Source of the DNA: Geotalea daltonii FRC-32
GTDB lineage: Bacteria > Desulfobacterota > Desulfuromonadia > Geobacterales > Geobacteraceae
Reading direction: 5' to 3'
NCBI RefSeq assembly: GCF_000022265.1
Contig: NC_011979.1
Location: forward strand, 390,001-422,000
Length of the DNA stretch: 32,000 nucleotides
Below the pieces are notes generated by a model that ran no database searches, had not been told where the DNA came from, and was given only the letters and a program-made list of their open reading frames with translations. Position numbers and translations under genes: made by a program. This document shows, one piece after another, positions 1 through 8,771 of this stretch. Numbering within the stretch: position 1 is the first letter of the stretch; each line of letters opens with the position of its first letter.

Positions 1-1146
1 GAGAAAGAAAGATGGCAGGGCCAGCACGTAGCGGTGCATCCCCTGGGCGGCCCCTGATGTCAAAGAAAAGAGCAGTATGGCAGCACTGTAAAGTGTCAGG
101 ACCTTGTCGTGGCGGAACATCCAGACCAGGGAGGCTATTCCTGCCGTCAGGCACGCCAGCTCTACAGTGTAGTAGGCCAGAGACTGCGGGTTCGTCGCCA
201 TCAAGCCGACCGCTTCCTTCCACGCGGCCAATGTTCCCTGAATGTTAAGCAGATTGCGGTTGAAGTAATTGCTCTCGATGAAGTGGAACTGGCTGCTCAT
301 GGTCAGGGTGAAAATTCCGTAGGCAAGTGCGGGGGCAAGCATGAAGGCAAAATCCCTCAAGTGACGCCCCTTCCCCATTTGAAAAATAGCTCTTCTGCCG
401 TCGCTTCCATACCAGTAGAGAAAGAGCGGCAAAAGAAGCAACACTCCACCGGCCTTGGTGAAGGTGGCCAGAAAGGCAAGGATTCCTGCCGGGACAAATC
501 GCCGTTCACGTGCGAACATCAGGGCCGAAAAGGATAAAGCAAGGAACAGTCCCTCGGTGTAAACCATGGCCATGAACATGGAGGCGGGCGCGATCAGGAG
601 GTAAAATGAAGCCCTAATCCCGGCGTCCCGATCCAGCATATCGCGACCCAGCCGGTACAGTGCCAGCATTGCTGCCAGCGTACCCCCCAAAGACACCAGA
701 ACCCCTGCTGAAGTGGCGGCTGCCAACTCCTCCATCCCCAGAAGCAAAAACGGGGTCATAAAAATCCGGATCAGCATGGGGTATCCCGGAAAGAAGGCAT
801 AATTCATTGACGTCCAGGAAGGTTTTTCAGCCAATGTCCGGATTACCTGATTCTTCCAATTGAAATCAGGGGGAATTGCACGCATGGCGGGGTCGTCATA
901 TCCGGCTACGGCGATTGAGAGGTAATACTCGGAGTCCCAGGCTACATGGCCATTCAGGAAGGCTCCGGTCAAGTAGGTGTGGCGTGTCTGACTTTCCGGC
1001 ATGGTCGCGGCGGCGGTCCAAGCGAGCGTCCTGTCGGGAGCTACGAGGGTAAAACGGGCTCCCAGGTAAGGTACCAGAATGAGCATTAAGAAAACCCAAA
1101 CAAGCCAGGTCAGAAAGATGGGTCGGTACTCGGTGATCAAGCGCAT
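1..1146 (-). CDS. polytopic membrane protein, GT-C type (PMT_2 / PIG-V-like) glycosyl- or mannosyltransferase candidate; C-terminus lies beyond the window
   Basis: Absent from the ORF track because it has no stop inside the window. Reading the minus strand from ATG at 1146 gives an open frame of 382 codons down to position 1 (MRLITEYRPIFLTWLVWVFLMLILVPYLGARF...YAFFPGYPMLIRIF...LIAPASMFMAMVYTEGLFLALSF...FLATFTKAGGVLLLLPLFLYW...) with many hydrophobic spans. The listed ORF 896..1162(-) is another frame with an implausible composition. Confidence 0.55.
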   Translation of the reverse strand, partial: MRLITEYRPIFLTWLVWVFLMLILVPYLGARFTLVAPDRTLAWTAAATMPESQTRHTYLTGAFLNGHVAWDSEYYLSIAVAGYDDPAMRAIPPDFNWKNQVIRTLAEKPSWTSMNYAFFPGYPMLIRIFMTPFLLLGMEELAAATSAGVLVSLGGTLAAMLALYRLGRDMLDRDAGIRASFYLLIAPASMFMAMVYTEGLFLALSFSALMFARERRFVPAGILAFLATFTKAGGVLLLLPLFLYWYGSDGRRAIFQMGKGRHLRDFAFMLAPALAYGIFTLTMSSQFHFIESNYFNRNLLNIQGTLAAWKEAVGLMATNPQSLAYYTVELACLTAGIASLVWMFRHDKVLTLYSAAILLFSLTSGAAQGMHRYVLALPSFFL

Positions 1147-1295
1147 GATAAAATACTAACATATAACGGAAGAGTTACTATGACCCGTTATTCGACCTTT
1201 TTCCATCATAGTGGGTTTCAGACTCTTCTGCCTAAAACCGCATCCAACCCTAGCAGGCTATGTGCCCCGGCAACCGGTGAGGGCTGAAACCGTAA

Positions 1296-1338
1296 ACAAA
1301 AAAAGTAGCCTTCCAAAGACTGGAAGGCTACTTTTTTA
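1296..1338 (-). terminator. rho-independent terminator after ompA-like gene (bidirectional shape)
   Basis: 11-bp perfect stem GTAGCCTTCCA / TGGAAGGCTAC (1305-1315 / 1321-1331) with a 5-nt loop. It is flanked by an A7 run (1298-1304, a U-run on the minus strand) and T6 (1332-1337). Confidence 0.8.
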
Positions 1339-1358
1339 TTACATGCAACTCATGTTGA

Positions 1359-2726
1359 CTACTGTTTTTCGACCGTCACCGAATCGAGAACCGCGGTAAT
1401 ACGACGGTTCTGCTGACGTCCTGCCTCGGTTCCATTGTCGGCAATTGGGCGGGTCATGCCGTAGCCCTTGGCGGTGAGGCGGTCGGCGGCAATGCCGTGC
1501 TTTTTAATCAAGTAGCTGCGGACGGCTTCGGCGCGGCGCTGGGAGAGCTTCATGTTGGCGGCAGCTGATCCCACATTGTCGGTGTGCCCTTCGATCACCC
1601 CTTTAACCGTAGGGTATTTCTGCATATAATCGGCAACTTTCTTGATTTCGCCGGCATATTTGGGCTGAATGTCGTTCTTCCCGGTGACGAATTGAATGTT
1701 GATGGACATGCTGAGGGTTTCCAGGTCCGGGCAGCCGTCGGCTTTCACCTTGGTTCCCTTGGGGGTGCCTGGGCATTTGTCCAGGTAATCGGCAACGCCG
1801 TCGCCGTCGGAGTCGACTGGGCAGCCATCCTGGTCAACCTGAACTCCTGCGGGGGTACCGGGACACTTGTCCAGGTAGTCGGCGACGCCGTCCTTGTCGG
1901 AGTCAACAGGGCAGCCGTCCTTATCTACCTGAACGCCGGCCGGGGTGCCCGGGCACTTGTCCAGGTAATCGGCAACGCCGTCCTTGTCGGAATCAACGGG
2001 ACAGCCGTCCTTGTCAACCTTGACGCCTGCAGGAGTGCCAGGGCATTTATCCAGGGTGTCGATAACGCCGTCATTATCGGAATCGGCGGGTGCAGGCGGA
2101 GGAGCGACAACAGGAGCGGGAGCCGGAGCCGGTTCGGGGGCTGGTGCTGGTGCCGGTTCGGCTTTGGCAACGGGAGCCGGTTCCTTGGCTGCGCCAAAGG
2201 AGTAGACGAGGCCGAGATTATATTCATAGTTACTGTAGGAGTCCCCTTCATGCTTGAAAATCAGGTGACGGAAATCGCCCCTCAGTGCCCAAGTATCGGA
2301 GATGAAGTACTTGATGCCGGGGCCGTAGTCGAATACGCCGCGGGTCAGCTTGGTGCCGTCATTGCTGTCAAGGGACATGCCGCTGTAGCCGGCGGCGATA
2401 TAGGGCACCAGCCTGTTGTCGGGGAAAATGTGCAGCAATGCATCGGCGCCGTAGCGATAGAAATCGGTTTTCGTCGAGCTCCTGGTTCCTTCAGTGCGGG
2501 TATAGTCGAAGAGTGCCTCGGCGCCAAGGTGTTTGGTGAAGTTGTAGCCGGCCCGGATGCCTCCCACAGGCTGGGTCTCCAGGTGCTGTTTACCGTCAAA
2601 GGTGTATCCTCCCACGATGGGAGAGAGGTAAAAGGCCCCGGGTTCGACTCCTGCAGCCGAAACCGTGCCCACCGAGAGCAGCAGGGTGCCTGCTGCTGCC
2701 AACAGCATGCGGTTGAATAACTTCAT
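1359..2726 (-). CDS. OmpA family outer-membrane protein: N-terminal beta-barrel, Pro/Ala linker, four thrombospondin type 3-like repeats, C-terminal OmpA peptidoglycan-binding domain
   Basis: ORF 1359..2846(-), trimmed to the internal ATG at 2726 (MKLFNRMLLAAAGTLLLSVGTVSAAG signal peptide) preceded by GGAGGAA. Repeats are DSDKDGVADYLDKCPGTPAGVQVDKDGCP. The C-terminal tail has the OmpA_C-like motif (GHTDNVGSAAANMKLSQRRAEAVRSYL). Confidence 0.9.
   Translation of the reverse strand: MKLFNRMLLAAAGTLLLSVGTVSAAGVEPGAFYLSPIVGGYTFDGKQHLETQPVGGIRAGYNFTKHLGAEALFDYTRTEGTRSSTKTDFYRYGADALLHIFPDNRLVPYIAAGYSGMSLDSNDGTKLTRGVFDYGPGIKYFISDTWALRGDFRHLIFKHEGDSYSNYEYNLGLVYSFGAAKEPAPVAKAEPAPAPAPEPAPAPAPVVAPPPAPADSDNDGVIDTLDKCPGTPAGVKVDKDGCPVDSDKDGVADYLDKCPGTPAGVQVDKDGCPVDSDKDGVADYLDKCPGTPAGVQVDQDGCPVDSDGDGVADYLDKCPGTPKGTKVKADGCPDLETLSMSINIQFVTGKNDIQPKYAGEIKKVADYMQKYPTVKGVIEGHTDNVGSAAANMKLSQRRAEAVRSYLIKKHGIAADRLTAKGYGMTRPIADNGTEAGRQQNRRITAVLDSVTVEKQ
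1728..2084 (-). repeat. four tandem ~93-bp coding repeats (TSP3-like Ca-binding repeats) inside ompA-like gene
   Basis: The peptide unit D-x-D-x-DG-V-x-D-x-LDKCPGTP-x-G-x-x-V-x-x-DGCP occurs four times in a row. The units are also highly similar at the DNA level. Confidence 0.85.
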
Positions 2727-2761
2727 TTTTTTCCTCCTTCTTCTGCATTGAATTTTACTTC

Positions 2762-3205
2762 CTATGTTGCCGTCGGCTCCACAGCAGAGGTGCACTGGGG
2801 GCAACGGGATGCTGCCAGAGGTATTGGGCTCAGGCAGAACGGGCACTGCCGGGTGGACGGTGGGGGAGGTGTTTCCGGCCGGCGGAGTCGATTGATCTGC
2901 TTTACCACGAGGAATACGGAGAATGCAACGAGAACGAAGTCGATGATGTTGTTGAAAAAGAGCCCGTAGTTGATGGTGGGGATGCCGGCGGCCTTTGCCT
3001 TGGCTACCGTGTCCACAGGGGTGCCGGAAAGATTGATGAACAGGTTGCTGAAATCCATTTTCCCGGTAAGCAGCCCGAGGGGGGGCATGAGGATATCATT
3101 GACGAGGCTGGTGACGATCTTGCCGAAGGCCGCACCGATGATGACACCGACGGCCAGATCAACGGCATTTCCCTTGACGGCAAATTCCTTGAACTCCTTG
3201 AACAT
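2762..3205 (-). CDS. mscL: large-conductance mechanosensitive channel MscL with C-terminal CxxC-x10-CxxC extension
   Basis: [44 protein letters not shown]... is the canonical MscL N-terminus and TM1. The product is 147 aa and the tail is [22 protein letters not shown]. Confidence 0.9.
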
Positions 3206-3354
3206 GGAAAAATCCTTTAGTGAAGAGATTAATGATAATTGAGTTTATCCCTGGTGGTGGGGGTTGTCAATCGGGGTATTAACCCGTTAGTTGTTGGAGG
3301 GGCTTGTAGTGCTGTCGGAAACGGATGAGTCGTATGGGAAAAGAGCGGAGTGGA

Positions 3355-3378
3355 GAGGCTGCTGTTGAAGGCAGCCTC
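3355..3378 (-). terminator. hairpin downstream of PEBP gene (weak U-tract)
   Basis: 8-bp stem GAGGCTGC / GCAGCCTC immediately after the stop at 3384. On the minus strand it is followed by TCCACTCCGCTCTTTTCCC. Confidence 0.4.
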
Positions 3379-3383
3379 CGGGG

Positions 3384-3911
3384 CTATTTCTTCTGATACG
3401 TGCCCATGAGCTCGGCGGTCTCGATGATGTGCGGCTGAAGGGCTTTTTCCAATTCGGCCCTGGTGGCATGTCCGGCTGTTTGCAGAACTGCATCCAGGGC
3501 ATAAAGCCTGAAGAAGTAACGATGGGTGCCCGATGGGGGGCAGGGGCCACCGTAACTGTTGTGATAGAAGTCGTTTTTGCCGACAATTGCCTCCCTTGGG
3601 GCGGCGTTCTCGGCCAGTTCCCGGGTGCGGGGGCTCATGTTCCAAACTATCCAGTGGGTCCATGTGCCCGCCGGCGCATCGGGGTCATCGACAATCAGCG
3701 CCAGGGACTTGGCCCTTGCGGGGATGTTTTCGAATCTGAGGGGCGGGCTGATGTTGTTGCCATTGCAGGTATATCGGTCGGGAATGCTCTGGCTGTCGGT
3801 AAAGGCAGGACTGGATATCTTCATTTTCATACCCCCTTTTTTTGCTCCGCCGGCAATAGCCAAGGCGGTACAGGCAAGGATAATCATCATGGCGGCCAAT
3901 ATCTTCTCCAT
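3384..3911 (-). CDS. YbhB/YbcL family Raf-kinase-inhibitor-like (PEBP) protein, secreted
   Basis: Signal peptide MEKILAAMMIILACTALAIAGG. PEBP motifs DDPDAPAGTWTHWIVWN and GPCPPSGTHRYFFRLYALD. Confidence 0.85.
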   Translation of the reverse strand: MEKILAAMMIILACTALAIAGGAKKGGMKMKISSPAFTDSQSIPDRYTCNGNNISPPLRFENIPARAKSLALIVDDPDAPAGTWTHWIVWNMSPRTRELAENAAPREAIVGKNDFYHNSYGGPCPPSGTHRYFFRLYALDAVLQTAGHATRAELEKALQPHIIETAELMGTYQKK

Positions 3912-3921
3912 CCGTTCCCCC

Positions 3922-4578
3922 TCATTTTCCCCAGGTGCCGATTACCTCGGGCAGTTCGCCGAGAGCGGATATGGTGGCGCCGGGGGGCAGCCCGGGGAAA
4001 GGCCAGCGACGGTCTCTGTTCATGACCCAGACCGTGTGGAAGCCGGCTGCTGCTGCGCCATAAATATCCCAACCGTGGGCGGCCACCATCCAGCAGTCTT
4101 CCGGTTCGGCACCCAGGCGGTCCATTGCCAGCAGGTAGGTGGAAGGGTGGGGCTTGCACTTTTCCACCTCGTCGGTGGAGACGATCATCTCGAAATGTGT
4201 TGCCAGGCCGGAACGTTCCAGCAGGGCAACCGCTGCCGGTTTGCCGCTGTTGGTCAATACCGCCAGCCTTGCCTTCTGGCCTTTGAGCTTCTTCAGGCAC
4301 TCCACGGCTCCCGCCATGGGCTGCAGCTCTTTAAGTTTTTCCATGACGGCCGGTATGGACACCGCCGTCAATCCGTGGATCTCCACCAGATTGGTCAGGG
4401 AGAGTTCGACCACATCGCGAAAGGGGAGGTAGCGCTCGGCCAGTGTTGCTGCCATGGCGGTCTGGATGCTTTCCTGAAACCAGCTGTCCCCCTTCAGTCC
4501 TTCTTTTTCCAGAAGCCTGTTAACCGTCTCCAGTGAAAACAGCGTCCCCACCAGGTCAAAAATTACCACCTTGGCCAT
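3922..4578 (-). CDS. HAD-superfamily hydrolase, haloacid dehalogenase type II-like
   Basis: N-terminal motif [14 protein letters not shown], later LTNSG and a C-terminal WMVAAHGWD motif. 218 aa. The stop is 10 nt upstream of the next gene's start. Confidence 0.75.
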   Translation of the reverse strand: MAKVVIFDLVGTLFSLETVNRLLEKEGLKGDSWFQESIQTAMAATLAERYLPFRDVVELSLTNLVEIHGLTAVSIPAVMEKLKELQPMAGAVECLKKLKGQKARLAVLTNSGKPAAVALLERSGLATHFEMIVSTDEVEKCKPHPSTYLLAMDRLGAEPEDCWMVAAHGWDIYGAAAAGFHTVWVMNRDRRWPFPGLPPGATISALGELPEVIGTWGK

Positions 4579-4601
4579 GGCTGCCCCCTTCCTTCAGACT
4601 C

Positions 4602-5012
4602 TTAAACGTCTTCCACCTTAAGCAACTTCACATGAAACACCAACCAGGCGCCAGTGGCCACTCGGGGTTTTGCCCAACGTGAATGCGGCTGGCTTGGTGT
4701 TACGGCATCGCCGTCTGCTCCGGGGGCGAATTCATAACCGTTGGGAGCCCGGCTGCTCCCTGCAGGGATTCCTGCCGTGGAAGAGGTGCCTGGCGCCACC
4801 AGGGGAAACGCGTCCACTTCCGTTGCGGGCAACCGGATCGTCCTGTGTTCGCCACGGCTCATGCCGATCACCCCTGCGTCGAGACTCGGCAGGGTATGAC
4901 CTTGCCCCACGATAAAGCTGAGCATGGTCGCTTCGGTAAAGTCATAGAGGGTGCCGTCTTCCAGCCTGCAGACGAAGCTGATAGTTACCCTTTTACCCAT
5001 TTCAGCCCGCAT
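4602..5012 (-). CDS. FKBP-type peptidyl-prolyl cis-trans isomerase (SlyD/FkpB-like with inserted flap)
   Basis: KRVTISFVCRLEDGTLYD...FIVGQGHTLPSLDAGVIGMSRGEHRTIRLP...VFHVKLLKVEDV follows the FKBP pattern. AGGTGG lies 7 nt upstream of the ATG at 5012. Confidence 0.65.
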   Translation of the reverse strand: MRAEMGKRVTISFVCRLEDGTLYDFTEATMLSFIVGQGHTLPSLDAGVIGMSRGEHRTIRLPATEVDAFPLVAPGTSSTAGIPAGSSRAPNGYEFAPGADGDAVTPSQPHSRWAKPRVATGAWLVFHVKLLKVEDV

Positions 5013-5181
5013 TGGTCACCACCTGGAGCACGTTAGTACAATGGTCGATGATATTTGTCTAATTTAATGTTACCCGGATGAGAGAAGGTTGCAAACGGGG
5101 AAGGAAAAATTAATCGCAGGTTGCGGGAGGGGTGCGGGCAGTGCAGGTGAGGTGGGGCAGGAAGTTTTGGTCGCAGGCGGG

Positions 5182-5215
5182 AAAATAAAAGGGCCGGAAG
5201 GAGGTCTTCCGGCCC
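5182..5215 (-). terminator. rho-independent terminator after membrane-protein gene
   Basis: Stem GGGCCGGAAG / CTTCCGGCCC (5191-5215). On the minus strand it is followed by TTTTATTTT (complement of 5182-5190). Confidence 0.8.
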
Positions 5216-5245
5216 TTGACTGGGGCCGATGCAGGTTTTTCTGTG

Positions 5246-6085
5246 TCACCCCCTATGAAAGATCGGACTGCGCCTTTTTATGGCAGCTTTTGAGCCGACA
5301 GCACCTCCTGCAATACCTAAGGCCATGGATAACAGCACTCCTCCGAACAGCCCCCACGAGACCTTGGTCAAGCCGGAAACGGCTGAAGATGCGGCTCCGC
5401 GAGCCTGCTCGGGAAGGTTCCGGGCAGAGCCGAACAAAGCCATGCCCTGGTTAACCATCGATTCAGCCCGATCCTGTGTAAAGCCCATGTCGCTGACCAT
5501 GACGTTGACGGCACCTTCCCGGTCGCCGCTGGAGAGCCTTTGCTGGAGGGTGGCCACCGACTCTTTGCTGATGTCCCCTTTTCCGGAGGACCCTTTCAGT
5601 AGCGACTCAAGCTGGGTCTGTGCTCCCGGAGAACCAGATACTCCTCCCGCCGTTACTGCTGCTCCGCCTGTAATCGCTTTCGCCCCCTGACCGAACACGG
5701 AAAAGGCTCCACCGATCACTGAGCCGATGGAGGTGGTGATGACAAAAGCAAAAACGAGGGTACTGACGCTCCAGGCTACCAGGCCATGCAGCATCCCATC
5801 GGCTAGCCTGGTCAAACCGGACATGCGTGCCGCCACATAGCCGCCGACAAACGCCGACAGGACCAGACTGACACTGGTCCAGATGCCGGTAATGAGGGAA
5901 GCCTTGCCGACCGGCTCTGCGGATTGGGGATCCACTGCCGTAAGTCCTGCCGCCAGTCCCAGCAGGGCCAACAGCAAGTAGGTTCCCATGCCGCTGGCCA
6001 GCCCCCCGAAAATAGACCCCCAGCTGATCCAGGGGAAATAGGTTCTTTTCTCAGTTGTGCGGGTTTCAATTGTTCGAGTTTCCAT
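5246..6085 (-). CDS. hypothetical integral membrane protein (Gly/Ala-rich TM segments plus a soluble central segment)
   Basis: 279-aa ORF with several clear hydrophobic spans (WISWGSIFGGLASGMGTYLLLALLGLAAGL, ITGIWTSVSLVLSAFVGGYVAA, ...) and its own terminator. I do not recognise a family. Confidence 0.6.
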   Translation of the reverse strand: METRTIETRTTEKRTYFPWISWGSIFGGLASGMGTYLLLALLGLAAGLTAVDPQSAEPVGKASLITGIWTSVSLVLSAFVGGYVAARMSGLTRLADGMLHGLVAWSVSTLVFAFVITTSIGSVIGGAFSVFGQGAKAITGGAAVTAGGVSGSPGAQTQLESLLKGSSGKGDISKESVATLQQRLSSGDREGAVNVMVSDMGFTQDRAESMVNQGMALFGSARNLPEQARGAASSAVSGLTKVSWGLFGGVLLSMALGIAGGAVGSKAAIKRRSPIFHRG

Positions 6086-6257
6086 TGGAACCTCCTTGTT
6101 TTCTAATGTTGCCTCCTGACGCCTCCATTATGGAAATGGCCTGCCCGCAATTTTTCAGCTAACACTTAAAGTTTAGGCCTTTCAGCATGCATTGCAAATG
6201 CTCCCGGACCACCGGCCCAGTCAGCGGTGGTTCAAAAAGAATGGTTCCTGGCACTGT

Positions 6258-8747
6258 TTACAAACGCTCCAGTGTTTCAATGCAGCGTTCCATATGGATG
6301 CCGGGGCCGAGCACACGGACGAAGATATCGCCCGTTTTTTCAATGCGCCGCGGCACGGTTCTGATGGTAAAATCCCGCGGTTCCAGCCCCGGCGCCACCT
6401 CGCTCCAGTAAAGGGGGGTGGAAACTGTTGCTCCCGTTCTGGGGCGGATGCTGTAAGGAGCGGCAAGGGTCTGGCCCCGCTTGTTCTGCAGAAAATCAAG
6501 ATAGACCTTTCCCTGTCTCTTGGCCGGACTCCTTTCCAGGCTGGTGAAATCCGGCACCAGATGGTTGGCAAGGGTGGCGATGAGGTGGGCGAACCGCCCT
6601 GCTGTTTCATAGTCGTACCTGGCTCCGAGGGGAACATAGATATGCATGCCGGTGGCGCCGGAGGTCTTGGGAAAGCCCACGGCCCCGGCCCGGTCCAGAA
6701 CCTCTTTTACCGCCAGGGCCGTTTCCACTACTTTCTCGAAGCCGATTTCCTCAGGGTCCAGGTCAATTACCAGGTAGTCCGGGTTATCCAGGCTCCCCAG
6801 CCGGGAGAGCCAGGGATTGATCTCGATACACCCCAGATTGGCCATGTAGATAAGGCTTTCTTCATCCTGACAGATGAGGAAGGTGATGGTTTTGTGCTGT
6901 GACTCGGAGTATATGGCCTCGGTCAACGGCCAGTCCGCTACCATGTCCCTGACGTCCTTCTGGAAAAACCCTGCTTCCTCGATGCCGTTGGGGGTGCGGT
7001 AGAGGGACTCGGGGCGGTCACGCAGATGGGGGAGCAGGTAGGGTGAAATCGTGCGGTAATAGTCAATGACGTCCCTTTTAGTGTAGCCTTCTGCAGGCCA
7101 AAAGACCTTGTCCAGGTTGGTCAGCTTAAGCCGCCTGCTGCCGATGGTCAGTTCTTTTTCCGCCAGACCGGCTTTTTCTGCGGACGGAGGTGGCGCCGCC
7201 ATGGGACCGGGAAATGTTTCCCGGATTATAGTCACCGGGTCCTTGTCCTGACGCAGGCCGAGAAAGACAGGTTGCCGCATGACGCCATCGCTGGTCCATT
7301 CGGAAAAGGAGACTTCGCAGACCAGTACCGGCTTCACCCATTGGGCCGGCATCCTTGTCGCGGCCCTGGTTTTGAATGGAGAGTCCCCCTGAACCAACGG
7401 CAGCAGCATGTCATGGAGTTCATTAAGACTCGCCTCGTCAAAGCCGCCGCCACTGGTGCCGATGTATACCAGTTCTCCCTTGTCGTAGGCACCCAGCACC
7501 AGGGTGCCGAATTTTTTCCGGCTTCCCCTTGGCTCCGTAAAGCCGCAGATGATGGCCTCCTGCCGGAGCGTAGCCTTGACCTTTAACCATGCACTGCTTC
7601 TTTTCCCCGTTTCGTAGCGACTATCTGCCAGTTTGGCGACGATTCCCTCCAGGCCGTTATCCTGCGCGGCCTGAAAGAAGGCGATGCCGGTTTCACCGAT
7701 ATGTTCGCAATACCTCACCTGGGGGAGGTCGGGAAGTATTTCCTGCAGGAGGGTCTTTCGGGTAAGGAGCGGCAGGTTGCGCAAATCGCGGCCGTCAAGG
7801 TAGAGGAGATCGAAGATGAAGTAAAGGATCGATCCTTCCCCGGTGCGGTCATGGTTCTGCAGCAGCTGGAAATCGGACCTGCCGTTTTCATCCATGGCCG
7901 TCACTTCTCCATCAAGGATGGCCTCTCTACCTAATCCGGCAAGGGCGGCGGCAATGGTGGGAAACCTGTTGTTGAAAGGGAGCAGATTGCGGGAATAGAG
8001 GAGCACCGACCCGGCAGAGATTTCGGCGATGGTGCGGTAACCATCCAGCTTGATCTCGAAGACCCAGTCGGGGTGGTCGAAAGCATCCTTCACCAGCGTG
8101 GCGAGCATGGGCTTGACGTTGTGGGGCATGGGTGCGGCTTCGCCGGGCATATCGGCCATGACTGGCTCTTCCCCTTCCGGCCCCAGTTCATCCAGCCTTC
8201 GCCCCGAGACCACCGACCGGTCATGCCGTGTGATATCTGCCGCCGTGGCATGTTCATCGTCCTTTTTAACCAGCAGCCAGGAATTGCCCTTTCCACTTCG
8301 GATCTTGACCAGGGCAAATCTGCCCTTGAGCTTGTGGCCGTGGAGAATGAACTTCAGATCTCCCTTTGCCAGCCCCTGGCGCAAGATTCGTTCGCTTTCG
8401 CTACGCTCCTCCGTCCCATAGGCGTGGCAGGTCCCCTCATCCCAGATGATTACGGCGCCGGCACCGTAGTTGCCTGCCGGAATGATCCCCTCGAAATTCC
8501 TGTAGTCGAAGGGATGGTCCTCTACCATCATGGCCAGCCTTTTCACCGCCGGGTCGAGGGACGGTCCTTTGGGCACCGCCCAGCTCTTCAGCACCCCGTC
8601 CAGTTCCAGGCGAAGGTCATAGTGCAGGTGGGACGCGGCGTGTTTTTGCACGACAAAGCGGAGGGCCGGCTCCGATGGGCCTGCTCTCCCTTGAGGCTCC
8701 GGGGTACGATCGAAATCGCGCTTCTTTCGGTAGTCGTCCAAGGTCAT
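6258..8747 (-). CDS. ligD: ATP-dependent DNA ligase LigD, three-domain form (3'-phosphoesterase - ligase - polymerase/primase)
   Basis: 829 aa. The N-terminal PE domain has YRKKRDFDRTPEP...FVVQKHAASHLHYDLRLE. The ligase domain has adenylation motif I EIKLDGYR. The C-terminal LigD-Pol-like region has DLDP...GMHIYVPL. Confidence 0.95.
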   Translation of the reverse strand: MTLDDYRKKRDFDRTPEPQGRAGPSEPALRFVVQKHAASHLHYDLRLELDGVLKSWAVPKGPSLDPAVKRLAMMVEDHPFDYRNFEGIIPAGNYGAGAVIIWDEGTCHAYGTEERSESERILRQGLAKGDLKFILHGHKLKGRFALVKIRSGKGNSWLLVKKDDEHATAADITRHDRSVVSGRRLDELGPEGEEPVMADMPGEAAPMPHNVKPMLATLVKDAFDHPDWVFEIKLDGYRTIAEISAGSVLLYSRNLLPFNNRFPTIAAALAGLGREAILDGEVTAMDENGRSDFQLLQNHDRTGEGSILYFIFDLLYLDGRDLRNLPLLTRKTLLQEILPDLPQVRYCEHIGETGIAFFQAAQDNGLEGIVAKLADSRYETGKRSSAWLKVKATLRQEAIICGFTEPRGSRKKFGTLVLGAYDKGELVYIGTSGGGFDEASLNELHDMLLPLVQGDSPFKTRAATRMPAQWVKPVLVCEVSFSEWTSDGVMRQPVFLGLRQDKDPVTIIRETFPGPMAAPPPSAEKAGLAEKELTIGSRRLKLTNLDKVFWPAEGYTKRDVIDYYRTISPYLLPHLRDRPESLYRTPNGIEEAGFFQKDVRDMVADWPLTEAIYSESQHKTITFLICQDEESLIYMANLGCIEINPWLSRLGSLDNPDYLVIDLDPEEIGFEKVVETALAVKEVLDRAGAVGFPKTSGATGMHIYVPLGARYDYETAGRFAHLIATLANHLVPDFTSLERSPAKRQGKVYLDFLQNKRGQTLAAPYSIRPRTGATVSTPLYWSEVAPGLEPRDFTIRTVPRRIEKTGDIFVRVLGPGIHMERCIETLERL

Positions 8748-8771
8748 GAAGTTCTCGAAAGAGGCTCAGTA

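Noticed and set aside
896-1162. Track ORF of 88 aa on the minus strand.
   Set aside because: A different minus-strand frame starting at 1146 stays open to the window edge and encodes a coherent polytopic membrane protein. The 88-aa frame is Arg/Ser/Pro-rich noise.
1584-2720. 378-aa + strand ORF overlapping the ompA-like gene. Similar long ORFs: 9779..10906(-), 14759..15976(-), 16522..17388(-), 19595..20569(-), 27476..28408(+), 28811..29869(+), 30884..31762(+), 3577..4536(+), 6192..6902(+), 8073..8798(+).
   Set aside because: Each lies antisense to, or out of frame with, a gene that has clear family motifs. The translations are Gly/Arg/Pro/Ala-rich with no recognisable domains, as expected for shadow ORFs in GC-rich DNA.
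2727-2846. N-terminal extensions offered by the ORF track for several genes: ompA to 2846, hemG to 22501, DUF3618 to 12951, holin-X to 13247, SBP to 31717, Nudix to 27229, small gene to 25763.
   Set aside because: The extensions are Arg/Cys/Pro-rich, lack an SD sequence and precede obvious signal peptides or canonical family N-termini that have their own SD sequences.
6213-6236. 7-bp hairpin ACCACCG...CGGTGGT downstream of ligD.
   Set aside because: It has no U-tract on the relevant (minus) strand, so it was not called as a terminator.
6248-6263. TGGCAC-containing sigma54-like sequence (CTGGCACTGTTTACAA).
   Set aside because: The -12 element is missing (TTAC/ACAA instead of TTGC at the right spacing). 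It also points into the 3' end of ligD on the antisense strand with no downstream gene.
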